Source of the DNA: Pseudolabrys sp.
Lineage (GTDB): Bacteria > Pseudomonadota > Alphaproteobacteria > Rhizobiales > Xanthobacteraceae
DNA: 49,580 nt
Direction of reading: 5' to 3'
NCBI GenBank assembly: GCA_035310865.1
Contig: DATGDN010000037.1
Location: 1 to 49,580 of the forward strand
Shown here: one piece after another, positions 9,073 to 18,787 of the stretch
Layout of the letters: every line of letters starts with the position of its first letter
Numbering within the stretch: the stretch's first letter is position 1
The notes under the pieces: model-generated
Told to the model about the DNA's origin: nothing
Seen by the model: only the letters and a program-made list of their open reading frames with translations
Databases searched by the model: none
Translations under genes and position numbers: made by a program

Positions 9073-11210
9073 GCCGCCGCCTCACCGGCATAGCCGCCGA
9101 GCCAGCCGATCACCTTCTGCCGCAGCCGATGCATACACCGGTCGCGCCAGGCCGCATTGCGAATGATTTCGGCGCGATAGAACGAAGGGCACAGAACGGC
9201 TGCGTGGGCGACTTCACCGCAAAGCCCGCAGCCGACGCAGCTTTCGACCACGGTCGCCACCGGATCGGTCCGCAGCGGATCTGGCGACGGCTTCAACGTG
9301 AGCGACGGGCAACCCGACAGGCGGATACACGAATGGTCGCCGGTGCAGATCTCGTCGTCGACGCCGTAGCGTGTGCGCGTGACACGCTCACCGCGCTGGA
9401 GCTTCTCGGCATCCTCTGCGCGCACGCGCCGCTGCCGCGCGAGTTGGCATTCGCCGTCCGCAATGATGACTTTCAGGCCGCGCTCCGCGGTTTTCATCGC
9501 CTCCTTCAGCGTCTGCACCATCACACTGACACTGTAAGTGCGCACCGTACGAAGCCACTTCACGCCCATGGCGCGCAGCGTTTGCTCGATGCCCATTCCA
9601 GGCGCCGGGCCTTCCTTGCTGGCTGCGCTCGACGGGATGTATTGCTGGCCGGTGGCGGACGCGTAGCCGTTCTGCATCACGATCAGCACGCCGTCGCCCT
9701 TGTTGAAGAGGTTAGACGCAACGCCGGTGATCAACCCGTTATGCCAAAAGCCGCCGTCGCCCATGATCGCGATTGGACGCCGGTCCATGTTGGGTCCGAC
9801 TGCCGCGGCGCTCGCGAGCGACATGCCGTAACCGAGGATGGAATTGCCGAGCGAGAACGGCGCGAAAGTTGCAAAGGAGTGGCAGCCGATATCGGCGCTG
9901 ATGTGGGTCGGGCCCAGCTCGCGCTGCATCAGCTTGATGGCGGAGAACACCGGACGTTCCGGACAGCCCGTGCAGAAGGCGGGCGGGCGAGGGGGAAGCG
10001 GTCCAAGCGCCGCAGCGGCCTTCGCTTTATGTGCGATCAACCCGCGCGCAATTTTCGCGATTGCTTCGGCATCGATGCCTTTCGGCTGGGTCTCCTGCAG
10101 AAACGCGGCAAGCCCTTCCAGCAGCACATCGGAGGCATATTCACCTGCGTTCGGCAGCAGACCTTTGCCGAGCACGCGCGCGTTGAGGTCGCCGCGGCGT
10201 AGTTCGACGTTGACGGCCTGCTCGATGTAGTCGGGGTAGCCTTCCTCGACGACCAGCACCGCGCGTTTGCCGGCGCAGAACTCGCGCAGCTGTTCCGGCA
10301 CCAGCGGGTAGACGACGTTGAGGATCAGCATCGGGACGCGGGAAGCGCCGAATACGTCGGCAAGCCCGATGCGCTCGAGCGCGCGCAGCACGCTGTTGGT
10401 AAGCCCACCCATCACGATGATGCCGACGTCGCTCAAATCACCGGCGATCGTCTCGTTGAGCTTGTGTTCGCGGATGAAAGCGCGCGCGGCCGGCAGCCGC
10501 TCTTCGACCTTCAAGCGCTCCTGCGAAAAGATCACCGGCGGGTGCGCAAGTCGGCCATATTCGAAGCGCGGCGGTCCGGGCAATTTGTCGAGCCCGGACA
10601 CGACGCCCTTGCGGTTGTTCTTGGCCGCGAACTCGCCGGTGGCGTGGCAGGCGCGAATGCGCAGTTCCAGCATGACCGGCGCATGGCTCGCCTCGGACAG
10701 CTCGAAGCCCTTCTCGACCGTGCGCACGATCGAGGGAAGATCGGGGCGCGGGTCGAGCAGCCACATCGAGGATTTCAGCGCATAGGCATAAGAGCGCTCC
10801 TGGATGACGCTGGCGCCCTCGCCGTAGTCCTCGCCGAGAATGATCATGGCGCCGCCGATGACGCCGGGCGAAGCCAGATTTGAGAGCGCGTCAGCGGCGA
10901 CATTGGTGCCGACGATCGACTTCCAGGTCACGGCGCCGCGCAGTGGATAGTTGATCGAGGCGCCCAGCATTGCAGCGGCAGACGCTTCGTTTGAGCAGGT
11001 TTCCAGATGCACACCGAGATCGGACATGATGTCTTCGGCATCGACGAGGACGTCGAGCAGATGCGAGACCGGCGCGCCCTGGTAGCCGCCGACGTAGGAC
11101 ACGCCCGATTGCAGCAGCGCCTTGGCCACCGCAAGGATCCCTTCGCCATGGAAGGTCTCCCCGTCACCAAGTTTGAGCGTCTGCACTTCCTTCTTGAACG
11201 AGCGTTCCAT
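9069..11210 (-). CDS. iorA: Indolepyruvate/aryl-2-oxoacid:ferredoxin oxidoreductase alpha subunit
   Basis: GYQGAP, FCTGCPER, DIGCH, GDGGFWHNG TPP motif, C-terminal ferredoxin motifs CTGDHSC...GCP and CVGCGLC...CP. Confidence 0.9.
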   Translation of the reverse strand: MERSFKKEVQTLKLGDGETFHGEGILAVAKALLQSGVSYVGGYQGAPVSHLLDVLVDAEDIMSDLGVHLETCSNEASAAAMLGASINYPLRGAVTWKSIVGTNVAADALSNLASPGVIGGAMIILGEDYGEGASVIQERSYAYALKSSMWLLDPRPDLPSIVRTVEKGFELSEASHAPVMLELRIRACHATGEFAAKNNRKGVVSGLDKLPGPPRFEYGRLAHPPVIFSQERLKVEERLPAARAFIREHKLNETIAGDLSDVGIIVMGGLTNSVLRALERIGLADVFGASRVPMLILNVVYPLVPEQLREFCAGKRAVLVVEEGYPDYIEQAVNVELRRGDLNARVLGKGLLPNAGEYASDVLLEGLAAFLQETQPKGIDAEAIAKIARGLIAHKAKAAAALGPLPPRPPAFCTGCPERPVFSAIKLMQRELGPTHISADIGCHSFATFAPFSLGNSILGYGMSLASAAAVGPNMDRRPIAIMGDGGFWHNGLITGVASNLFNKGDGVLIVMQNGYASATGQQYIPSSAASKEGPAPGMGIEQTLRAMGVKWLRTVRTYSVSVMVQTLKEAMKTAERGLKVIIADGECQLARQRRVRAEDAEKLQRGERVTRTRYGVDDEICTGDHSCIRLSGCPSLTLKPSPDPLRTDPVATVVESCVGCGLCGEVAHAAVLCPSFYRAEIIRNAAWRDRCMHRLRQKVIGWLGGYAGEAAA

Positions 11211-11227
11211 CGTCAGGCCTTTGGCAG

Positions 11228-11247
11228 ATAGTTGGGACCCAAACTAT
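11228..11247. promoter_or_regulatory. Putative MarR operator, copy 1 (ATAGTTGG-GACC-CAAACTAT)
   Basis: Near-perfect 8-4-8 palindrome 17 bp upstream of iorA; related copies at 14315 and 19248. Confidence 0.7.
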
Positions 11248-11261
11248 ATACCACATCTCGC

Positions 11262-12572
11262 CTACATATGGGAGGGCAGCCACAGCGCGAGCATCGGGAA
11301 TGCGATTAAAATCGTCAGGCGGATCAAGTCGGTAATGATAAACGGAATCACGCCTTTGAAGATGGTCGTGAAGCTCACATCTTTGACCACGCTTTTTATC
11401 ACGAACACATTCATCCCGACCGGCGGATGAATCAGGCCGAGCTCGACGGTCATCACGATGATTACCCCGAACCAGATCGGGTCGAAGCCGAGGTGCGTGA
11501 TGACCGGGAAGATGATGGGAATGGTGAGAATGATCATCGCCATCGCGTCCATCAGGCATCCGAGCAGCAGATACATCAACATAATGAGCGCGAGCACGCC
11601 GTAGCGGCCGAGCCCGAGCGCGGTGAGGAAAGCCGTCACCTTCTGCGGCGTCTGCGTGATGGTGAGGAAATAGCCGAACAGCAGCGCGCCGATCAGCACG
11701 GTGAAAACCGCAGCTGCCGTGCGGGTCGCCTGCAGCAGCGACGTCAATATGCCGTCTCTGTCCAGCCGTCCGCTCAGCACACCGATGAGAAAAGCGCCGC
11801 TGGCACCGACACCGCCGGCTTCGGTCGGCGTGAATCTCGGCAGGAACGGCAATCCGTAGAGCCCGCCGATCACGAACACAAACAGCAACATCGGCGCCCA
11901 TATGTCTTTCAAACCTGCTATGCGGCCTTTCCAGGCGGTGCGCTTTCCGGCGGGCAGGAAGCCAGGCTTCACCCAGCCGATAACAGCGATCGTCATCATG
12001 TACATGGTGATCGCCAGCAGGCCGGGAACAATCCCCGCGATGAACAATTTGCCGATATCCTGCTCTGTGATGATGCCGTAGACCGCAAGCACCGTGGATG
12101 GCGGCAACATGGCGCCGAGCGTGCCGCCGGCCGCGATCACGCCGGTCGCAAAGCTCTGCGGATAGCCGTAGCGGCGCATTTCGGGATACGCCACGGTCGA
12201 AAACGTTGCGGCGGTCGCCACCGAGCTGCCGCAAATGGCGGCAAATCCGCCGCAGGCCGCGACCGTGGCGATTCCGAGTCCGCCGCGCAGATGGCCGACG
12301 AAATTATTCGCGGTGCGGAACAGCTCACGGCTCATGCCGGAGGTGGTGACGAAGGCGCCCATCAGCAGGAACATCGGAATGACGCCGAAGGTGTAATCGG
12401 TGACCGTGCGCATCGAGGTCTGCCCGACGAGCTTGAGTGCCGGTGCGCCGCCGACGAGATAGCTAAAGCCCGAAATGCCGACCAAGCCCATCGCCATGCC
12501 GACCGGCACGCGCAGCAGCATCAGCGCGAACAGCGCGACGAACCCGAGAATGGCGACCGTGTCGGTGCTCAT
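11262..12572 (-). CDS. dctM: TRAP transporter large permease
   Basis: Highly hydrophobic; IPMFLLMG, CGSSVATAA, GTLGAMLPPS, HPPVGMN; start trimmed to MSTDTV. Confidence 0.92.
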   Translation of the reverse strand: MSTDTVAILGFVALFALMLLRVPVGMAMGLVGISGFSYLVGGAPALKLVGQTSMRTVTDYTFGVIPMFLLMGAFVTTSGMSRELFRTANNFVGHLRGGLGIATVAACGGFAAICGSSVATAATFSTVAYPEMRRYGYPQSFATGVIAAGGTLGAMLPPSTVLAVYGIITEQDIGKLFIAGIVPGLLAITMYMMTIAVIGWVKPGFLPAGKRTAWKGRIAGLKDIWAPMLLFVFVIGGLYGLPFLPRFTPTEAGGVGASGAFLIGVLSGRLDRDGILTSLLQATRTAAAVFTVLIGALLFGYFLTITQTPQKVTAFLTALGLGRYGVLALIMLMYLLLGCLMDAMAMIILTIPIIFPVITHLGFDPIWFGVIIVMTVELGLIHPPVGMNVFVIKSVVKDVSFTTIFKGVIPFIITDLIRLTILIAFPMLALWLPSHM

Positions 12573-12574
12573 CG

Positions 12575-13096
12575 CTATTCGACCGGCTTGATCTCTTTCT
12601 GCGCGACCGGGTCGGCCATGTAGTCTGGATGGAAGATCAGGCGATATGTACGCACCGCGATCAGCAGAACTGCCGAGACGTCGCCAAGCCAGGCGACCAT
12701 GAAGAAGGGCCAGGTCGGCAGGCGCAGGTCGAATGTGAGTACGTTGTCGCTGCGCGTCGTCATCACCTTGTCGAATAGCGTGTAGGTCTGCACGGTGACC
12801 ACGAACAGCAGCACCAGCGTTGCGAAAACATCGATCATGCGCTGGTAACGCGGCCCGACATTGCTCCACACCAGGTCAACGGTGATATGCGTACCGCGAT
12901 AGGAGGTGGCGGCGATGCCCCAGAAAATCAGTATCCCAAGCATCAACCGGCCGAAATCGTAGGAATCCGGGATCGCATAGCTGAACAAATTTCGCAGGAG
13001 GACGGCTATGAAGATATTTGCCGCAACAATCCCCACGAATGCGGCCGCAACCCACTCAATCGAATCGATGAACCGATCCATGTAGACGCGTTTCAC
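12575..13096 (-). CDS. dctQ: TRAP transporter small permease
   Basis: Four TM segments, HITVD motif, located between SBP and large permease. Confidence 0.88.
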   Translation of the reverse strand: MKRVYMDRFIDSIEWVAAAFVGIVAANIFIAVLLRNLFSYAIPDSYDFGRLMLGILIFWGIAATSYRGTHITVDLVWSNVGPRYQRMIDVFATLVLLFVVTVQTYTLFDKVMTTRSDNVLTFDLRLPTWPFFMVAWLGDVSAVLLIAVRTYRLIFHPDYMADPVAQKEIKPVE

Positions 13097-13126
13097 GTCG
13101 AGTTCTCCGTGACCGGCTCAGATCGG

Positions 13127-13152
13127 GCAGCGGCGGCAGCTGCCGCCGCTGC
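13127..13152. other. Perfect 26-bp GC-rich palindrome (hairpin) downstream of the TRAP SBP gene
   Basis: GCAGCGGCGGCAG followed directly by CTGCCGCCGCTGC, an exact reverse complement with no spacer. Confidence 0.85.
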
Positions 13153-13200
13153 ATATCTTAGTATCAATGTCTCAGTGCAGACATCAGCCGAAAACAGAAC

Positions 13201-14229
13201 TCAGTAGGCCGCCTTGTCTTTCGCGAGCTGCGCCTTGAGCTCCTTCATGATGGTGTCCGGATCGCCGCCCGTCTTCTTGACGTTGTCCGCCCAGGTCTTG
13301 GCCAGCGGCTCGGTTGCCTTCTTCCACTCGGCGATTTGCGCCGCACTCGGCTCGGTGACCTCGTGGCCGGCCTCTGCCTTGATTTTCGCGATGCCGGCAT
13401 GCTCGAAGTCGGCCCACGGAGCGGCGACTTTCAGTGCCCATTCCGGCGTGCAGTGATTGTCGATCACCTTTTTCTGCGCCGCCGACATCTCGTTGTATTT
13501 TGCCTTATTGAACACGAAGGCAAAGGTCGTGACGTAGAGCGGCATATCGAGGTGGTACTTGGTCACCTTGTCGATGCCGAACAGCGGCACTGAACCCCAG
13601 GGGAACGTCACCGCGTCGGCGACGCCTTTCTCCAGAATGTCGCGCACTTCCGGCGCGGCGGCTTGCACATTGGTGCCGCCAAGCATGGTGACGAAGGTTG
13701 CCATCGTCGCATGCGCCGGACGGATCTTCATGCCCTTGATGTCGGCGGGCACCAGGATCTTCTTGGAGCGCGAATGGAATGCGCCGGGGTCGTGCACGAA
13801 GGCGAGGCAGAACTTGACGTCCTTCATCTCCTTGTCGGCATATTTGCGATACCAGGCATCGAGCGCCTGTGTGCCGCCCTTGGCATTGGTCATCAGGAAC
13901 GGCAATTCGCCGGCGCCGATGATCGGGAAGCGGCCGGGCTGGTATCCGGGATTGATGTAGGTGAGATCGGCGATGCCGTCGCGCGCCATGTCATAGTGGT
14001 CGAACGCCTTGCCGAGCTGCTGGGCCGGATAGACCTTGTACTTGATGGTGCCGCCGGAATCTTTTTCGACCGAGGCGCCCCATTCCTCCAACGCCTTCTG
14101 CAGCGGATGCGATGGCGGCACCCAGTGCGACAATTTTAGTTCAAAGGTCTTGTCTTGCGCGATCGCACCGGTCGCGCCGCCGAGCAGCAGGGCGGCAGCG
14201 TAGACACATCCGGCGAAACGGAGTTTCAT
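13201..14229 (-). CDS. dctP: TRAP transporter substrate-binding protein
   Basis: Signal peptide (MKLRFAG...AIA), GMKIRP with the conserved carboxylate-binding Arg, LEKGVAD; GGAGG upstream of ATG 14229. Confidence 0.92.
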   Translation of the reverse strand: MKLRFAGCVYAAALLLGGATGAIAQDKTFELKLSHWVPPSHPLQKALEEWGASVEKDSGGTIKYKVYPAQQLGKAFDHYDMARDGIADLTYINPGYQPGRFPIIGAGELPFLMTNAKGGTQALDAWYRKYADKEMKDVKFCLAFVHDPGAFHSRSKKILVPADIKGMKIRPAHATMATFVTMLGGTNVQAAAPEVRDILEKGVADAVTFPWGSVPLFGIDKVTKYHLDMPLYVTTFAFVFNKAKYNEMSAAQKKVIDNHCTPEWALKVAAPWADFEHAGIAKIKAEAGHEVTEPSAAQIAEWKKATEPLAKTWADNVKKTGGDPDTIMKELKAQLAKDKAAY

Positions 14230-14314
14230 GGGTTCCTCCCTTGGGGGTTGGGTGTTGGTTAAGCCGCCAACTTTTTGCAATATTCAGCCGAATGCCAGCG
14301 GCGTTGTAAAGCTT

Positions 14315-14334
14315 ATAGTTTGACGTCCAACTAA
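14315..14334. promoter_or_regulatory. Putative MarR operator, copy 2 (ATAGTTTG-ACGT-CCAACTAA)
   Basis: Palindrome in the divergent dctP/marR intergenic region, a typical autoregulatory position. Confidence 0.7.
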
Positions 14335-14377
14335 ATGCTGGAGCGGTCGGTCGTCGGCTGCTGAAAGGAAAGATGCA

Positions 14378-14872
14378 GTGCACGGAGCGAACGGCACAGG
14401 GGGTCGGCGGCTTGACAGGAACGGTGAAGCCATTGGCTTGTCGATAAATTTTGGTCCGCTCGCTCATTGGGTTGGCTTCAATCTGCGCATTGCGCAGGAG
14501 GCGGCCTTTCAGGCGTTTTCACATCTTTCGCAGGAGATTGGCGAAAGCCCGGGCCGTTTCGCGACCTTGACATTGATCGCCCGCAATCCCGGGATCAGCC
14601 AGACCGAGTTGTCGCTCGCCAATGGCCGCGACAAGTCCAGCCTCACGCCGGTGGTCGAAGATCTGGTCCGGCGCGGGCTTGTCCAGCGCAAGCGCATGAA
14701 CAGCGACCGGCGCACATATCGCCTCAACCTCACGCCCGCCGGAAAAAAGATCCTCACAATGCTGACGCGTTGTGCTCGGCGGCACGAGCGCAATCTCGAC
14801 CGTGTCATCGGCGCGCGCGACCGCAAGCGGTTCATCCAGATCCTGAAGAGGATCGCGGCAGAGCTCGATTAG
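14378..14872 (+). CDS. MarR family transcriptional regulator
   Basis: PGISQTEL...DKSSLT...LVRRGLV...DRR...LTPAG winged-helix; start uncertain. Confidence 0.9.
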   Translation: MHGANGTGGRRLDRNGEAIGLSINFGPLAHWVGFNLRIAQEAAFQAFSHLSQEIGESPGRFATLTLIARNPGISQTELSLANGRDKSSLTPVVEDLVRRGLVQRKRMNSDRRTYRLNLTPAGKKILTMLTRCARRHERNLDRVIGARDRKRFIQILKRIAAELD

Positions 14873-14881
14873 CCTTCCGGA

Positions 14882-15295
14882 TTACCGAAACTTGCTGAGC
14901 ACCTCCGGCGGAACCGGATGCGATTTGAGGCGGCCGCTTGCGTCGCGGATCACCCACACCCGTTTCTCCGAGCACTCGACGCAGGGTTCCCCGTTCAGGC
15001 TCAACTGATGCTCGACATCGAAACTGGAACGGCCGAACGTGATGGTGCTCTTGACCGCCACATCGTCGCCGAATCGGGTTGGCCTTAAGAAGCGAGCGCG
15101 TGTGCGCACGAGCGGGAAGCCACTGAACTCGAGCTCCTTAAGCATCTTGAACTTGGTCATTCCGAGCGCGCGCTCGAACAGCAGCGCGGTCGAGGCGTCA
15201 AATATCTCGAAGTAGCGTGGATAATAAATAATTCCGGCGGGATCGCAGTCGCCCCATTCGATCCGCACCGTACGGGTATTGCTGGACGTCGTCAT
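14882..15295 (-). CDS. Acyl-CoA thioesterase (4-hydroxybenzoyl-CoA thioesterase/hotdog family)
   Basis: IEWGDCDPAGIIYYPRYF motif; start trimmed to MTTSSN. Confidence 0.88.
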   Translation of the reverse strand: MTTSSNTRTVRIEWGDCDPAGIIYYPRYFEIFDASTALLFERALGMTKFKMLKELEFSGFPLVRTRARFLRPTRFGDDVAVKSTITFGRSSFDVEHQLSLNGEPCVECSEKRVWVIRDASGRLKSHPVPPEVLSKFR

Positions 15296-15330
15296 AACAG
15301 CCGGCTTCCATCCGCTCGTGATAACATGCG

Positions 15331-16092
15331 TCAGCGCGGTGCCATGCGTAGCGCGCCGTCGAGGCGGATCACCTCGCCGTTGAGGTAGCCGTTGTGGATG
15401 CAATGAAGCACGAGCGCGGCGAATTCCCGCGGCTCGCCGAGCCGCTTGGGGAACGGCACGGCGGCGCCGAGTGAGTCCTGCGCCTCCTGCGGAAGCGCCC
15501 GCAGCATTGGTGTGCCGAAAATTCCCGGCGCGATCGCCAGCACGCGAATGCCAAATTGCGCGAACTCACGTGCTGCCGGCAGAGTAAGCGCGGCAACCCC
15601 GCCTTTGGACGACGAATACGCGGCCTGTCCGATCTGTCCTTCGAAAGCCGCGACCGACGCCGTCGAGACGATCACGCCGCGTTCGCCGCCCGGTAGCGGC
15701 TCCGTGCTCTGCATGGCGGCGGCGACAAGCCGCATCATGTTGAAGGTGCCGATCAGGTTGATGCGAATGACGCGCTCGTAGTCGGCGAGCGGCATGGGCC
15801 CGTCGCGGCCGACGATGCGCTTGGCGGGCCCGACACCCGCGCAATTGACAAGGATACGGGCCGGACCGTGCGCGGCTGCAGCCTTCTTGACGGCCGCTTC
15901 GCCGCTCGCGGCATCGGATACGTCGCAGGCGACTGCAACGCCCTGGAGTTCACCCGCGATGTCGCTAGCCGCTTTCTCATTGACGTCGACGATTGCAACC
16001 TTGGCGCCGGCCGCAGCCAGCGCCCGCGCCGTCGCGGCGCCCAAACCCGACGCACCGCCGGTTACGATTGCAGCCTGTCCCTTGATCTCCAT
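15331..16092 (-). CDS. SDR, 3-hydroxyacyl-CoA dehydrogenase type II (HSD10-like)
   Basis: [43 protein letters not shown]. Confidence 0.9.
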   Translation of the reverse strand: MEIKGQAAIVTGGASGLGAATARALAAAGAKVAIVDVNEKAASDIAGELQGVAVACDVSDAASGEAAVKKAAAAHGPARILVNCAGVGPAKRIVGRDGPMPLADYERVIRINLIGTFNMMRLVAAAMQSTEPLPGGERGVIVSTASVAAFEGQIGQAAYSSSKGGVAALTLPAAREFAQFGIRVLAIAPGIFGTPMLRALPQEAQDSLGAAVPFPKRLGEPREFAALVLHCIHNGYLNGEVIRLDGALRMAPR

Positions 16093-17975
16093 CAGCGGCT
16101 TTCTCCAGCGGCGATCACCCGCGAAGATAAAGGCTCGCTATAGAGCTCGTCCACCAGGATGGCGCGATTCTTCAAGACGGCGCGTTGATTGATCGATCCC
16201 TTGTCGGTCATTTCGCCTTTGTCCATGGACGGCGGCTCTGCCATCAGGATCGCGCGTTCAATGCGCGTCGAGGATCCTTGGCTCGCTGCAGCGAGCTTCT
16301 TGAGCAGCTCGGCGAATTTCTGGCGGACGCCCAGTGCACCAGTGATATCGGCTGGCGATGCGTCGGGGCCAAAGCCGCCAAGCTTTCGGCAAGCCTCAAT
16401 GTCCGGGAACACGAGCGCTGCGATCAGATCGCGATCGGCGCCTGCGAAAACCACGTCGCGGACGTAGGGCGCAAAATGATCGATGAAGCGCGCGCGCAGC
16501 GGTCCCACGCTTACCCATGTGCCGGTGGAGAGCTTGAAATCTTCCGCAATGCGGCCGTCGAACAACAGTCCTTTGCCGGGATCGTCCGGGTCGACGAACT
16601 TCAGCGCATCGCCGATCTTGTAGAAGCCGTCTTCGTCGAATGCCTCGCGCGTAAGATCGGCCTGCCGCCAATAGCCCGGCGTGATGTGCGGGCCGCGCAA
16701 CCGTGCTTCAAGCTTGCCCTCATTCGGGACCAGCTTGAGCTCGACACCCGGTACTGGCACGCCGATATTGCCGGGCCGGTCGAAATCCCATGAGCAGGCC
16801 AGCGCCAAAGGCGATGTTTCCGTCGAGCCGAGCGATGACAGAAAAATGATGCGCTCACCGGTCGTCTCGACCGCGAGCCGCGTGAGCTCATCCCATGTGG
16901 TCTGGTTCAGGCCGGCGCCGGCATAGAACAGCACTTTCAATTGGCTGAAAAAATTGTGGCGCAGTGCCTCATCCGCGTGAAAGTGCGCGATCAGCGCCTC
17001 ATAGCCCTTCGGGACATTGAAGTAGATGGTGGGGGCAATCTCGCGCAGATTTCGTGCAGTCTTGGGCACCCCGGGCGGCGTCGGATTGCCATCGTCGATG
17101 TAGAGAGACCCGCCGTATGTCAGCACCATATTGAAATTATGGTTGCTGCCGAAAGTGTGACTCCAGGGAAGCCAGTCGACCACGACTGGCGGCTCATCCG
17201 CGACAAAAGCGAAGCCCGACGCGAGCATCGCCTGGTTCGAGCACAACATGCGATGCGTGTTGATGACGGCCTTGGGATTCCCGGTTGAGCCGGATGTGAA
17301 CAGGAACTTGGCAATCGTGTCCGGCGTCACGGCTGCATGCGCCGCAGCAACGCCTTCATCATCTTGAGTTCCGGTCAGATCGGAAAACAAAGTTGTCTTT
17401 CGATCGCCGAGCGGATTGCGCGTGACGACCAGCTCGATCTCGTCCGGCACCGTCGCGTAAAGTGCGCGTGCGAACGGGCCCCCGTCATTTACGAAGACAA
17501 GGCCGGGTGTGAGCAAATCGACAATCGCGCGCAACTTTCCGAAGTCGCTCGACATCAGCGAATAGGCGGGCGAGATCGGCGCATAAGGAATGCCGACATA
17601 CATGGCCGCAAGGCCAAGCAGCGCATGCTCGATGTCATTGCCGGATAGCACGACGATCGGCTTGTCAGCGGACAATCCCCGCCGCAGCAAGGCGGCGCCA
17701 ATTCGCCGCACGTCGGAAAGGACTTGCGCATAATTGAGCTTGCGCCATTGGCCCTGTGCATCGCGCTGCGCAAGGAATACACGTTCGGGCGCGGCCTTAG
17801 CCCAATGTTCGAGTGCATCACTGAGCTTGCGATGGTAACTGCCAAGCGGTTGCGCGGTGCGGATGTGAATAACGCCGCCCGTTCGCCGTTCGAGGACGAC
17901 ATCGAGCTTGCCGAGCCGCACCGGCCGCAATGGTGCGGCTGCGTAGGTCTTTATCTCTGACGCTGCACTCGGCAT
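16092..17975 (-). CDS. fcs: Feruloyl-CoA synthetase-like acyl-CoA ligase
   Basis: TSGSTGNPK AMP-binding motif, DWLPWSHTFG, GSTET, EDFKLSTGTWV, TDKGSINQR. Confidence 0.88.
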   Translation of the reverse strand: MPSAASEIKTYAAAPLRPVRLGKLDVVLERRTGGVIHIRTAQPLGSYHRKLSDALEHWAKAAPERVFLAQRDAQGQWRKLNYAQVLSDVRRIGAALLRRGLSADKPIVVLSGNDIEHALLGLAAMYVGIPYAPISPAYSLMSSDFGKLRAIVDLLTPGLVFVNDGGPFARALYATVPDEIELVVTRNPLGDRKTTLFSDLTGTQDDEGVAAAHAAVTPDTIAKFLFTSGSTGNPKAVINTHRMLCSNQAMLASGFAFVADEPPVVVDWLPWSHTFGSNHNFNMVLTYGGSLYIDDGNPTPPGVPKTARNLREIAPTIYFNVPKGYEALIAHFHADEALRHNFFSQLKVLFYAGAGLNQTTWDELTRLAVETTGERIIFLSSLGSTETSPLALACSWDFDRPGNIGVPVPGVELKLVPNEGKLEARLRGPHITPGYWRQADLTREAFDEDGFYKIGDALKFVDPDDPGKGLLFDGRIAEDFKLSTGTWVSVGPLRARFIDHFAPYVRDVVFAGADRDLIAALVFPDIEACRKLGGFGPDASPADITGALGVRQKFAELLKKLAAASQGSSTRIERAILMAEPPSMDKGEMTDKGSINQRAVLKNRAILVDELYSEPLSSRVIAAGESR

Positions 17976-17992
17976 TGGCGTTATTACCTCGA

Positions 17993-18787
17993 CTAGCTGC
18001 GCGTTACCTTTGGCGCGCGTTTCTCCAGAAAATCCTTCAGACGCGCCTTTGCATCCGGGTCGGCCTGCGCAATCGCCGACATAAGCGCCTCGATCACGTA
18101 GCCGCTTTCCGGATCCATCTCGGCGATGCGGGGCAACGCATGCATCACGGCGAAATTGGTCATCGGTGCATTGCCGGCAATACGCTGCGCGAGCTCCAGC
18201 CCTTTCGCGAAACCTTTGCCTGGCTCGACCAGATATGTCGTCAAACCAATGTTTTGGCCGTCTTCGGCGGAATAGGTCCGGCCCGTAAGCATCATGTCCA
18301 TCATGCGCGCAACGCCGATCAGTCGCGGCAGGCGGACCGAGCCGCCACCGCCGACATAGATGCCGCGGCTGCCTTCGGGCAGTGCGAAATACGCCGAGCG
18401 CTCGGCGACGCGCACATGCACCGCGGCGGCGAGCTCAAGACCGCCGCCGACCACTGCCCCGTGCAAAACGGCAACCACCGGCACCTTGCCGAATTGAATT
18501 TTATTGAATGCCCTGTGCCATAGCCCCGAGTGTGCAATGCCTTGCGTGACGTCGCGCTCCTCCAGTTCGGAGAGGTCGAGGCCGGCAGAAAAATGCTCGC
18601 CTTCGCCCGCGATCAGGACCGCTCCGATGCCATCCGGCAGCGACGTGAAAAACCGTTCGATGCCGATGATCGTCTCGTCGTCGAGCGCATTGCGCTTTTG
18701 CGGGCGGTTAAGGCGCAGAATCGCGACCGCACCTTCACGCTCGGCAATGAGCGAGGCAGGAAGCCTGATCGCAAGACGCTCCGCCAT
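17993..18787 (-). CDS. Crotonase / enoyl-CoA hydratase
   Basis: FSAGLDL, GGGLE, LPEG; start trimmed to MAERLA. Confidence 0.9.
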   Translation of the reverse strand: MAERLAIRLPASLIAEREGAVAILRLNRPQKRNALDDETIIGIERFFTSLPDGIGAVLIAGEGEHFSAGLDLSELEERDVTQGIAHSGLWHRAFNKIQFGKVPVVAVLHGAVVGGGLELAAAVHVRVAERSAYFALPEGSRGIYVGGGGSVRLPRLIGVARMMDMMLTGRTYSAEDGQNIGLTTYLVEPGKGFAKGLELAQRIAGNAPMTNFAVMHALPRIAEMDPESGYVIEALMSAIAQADPDAKARLKDFLEKRAPKVTRS

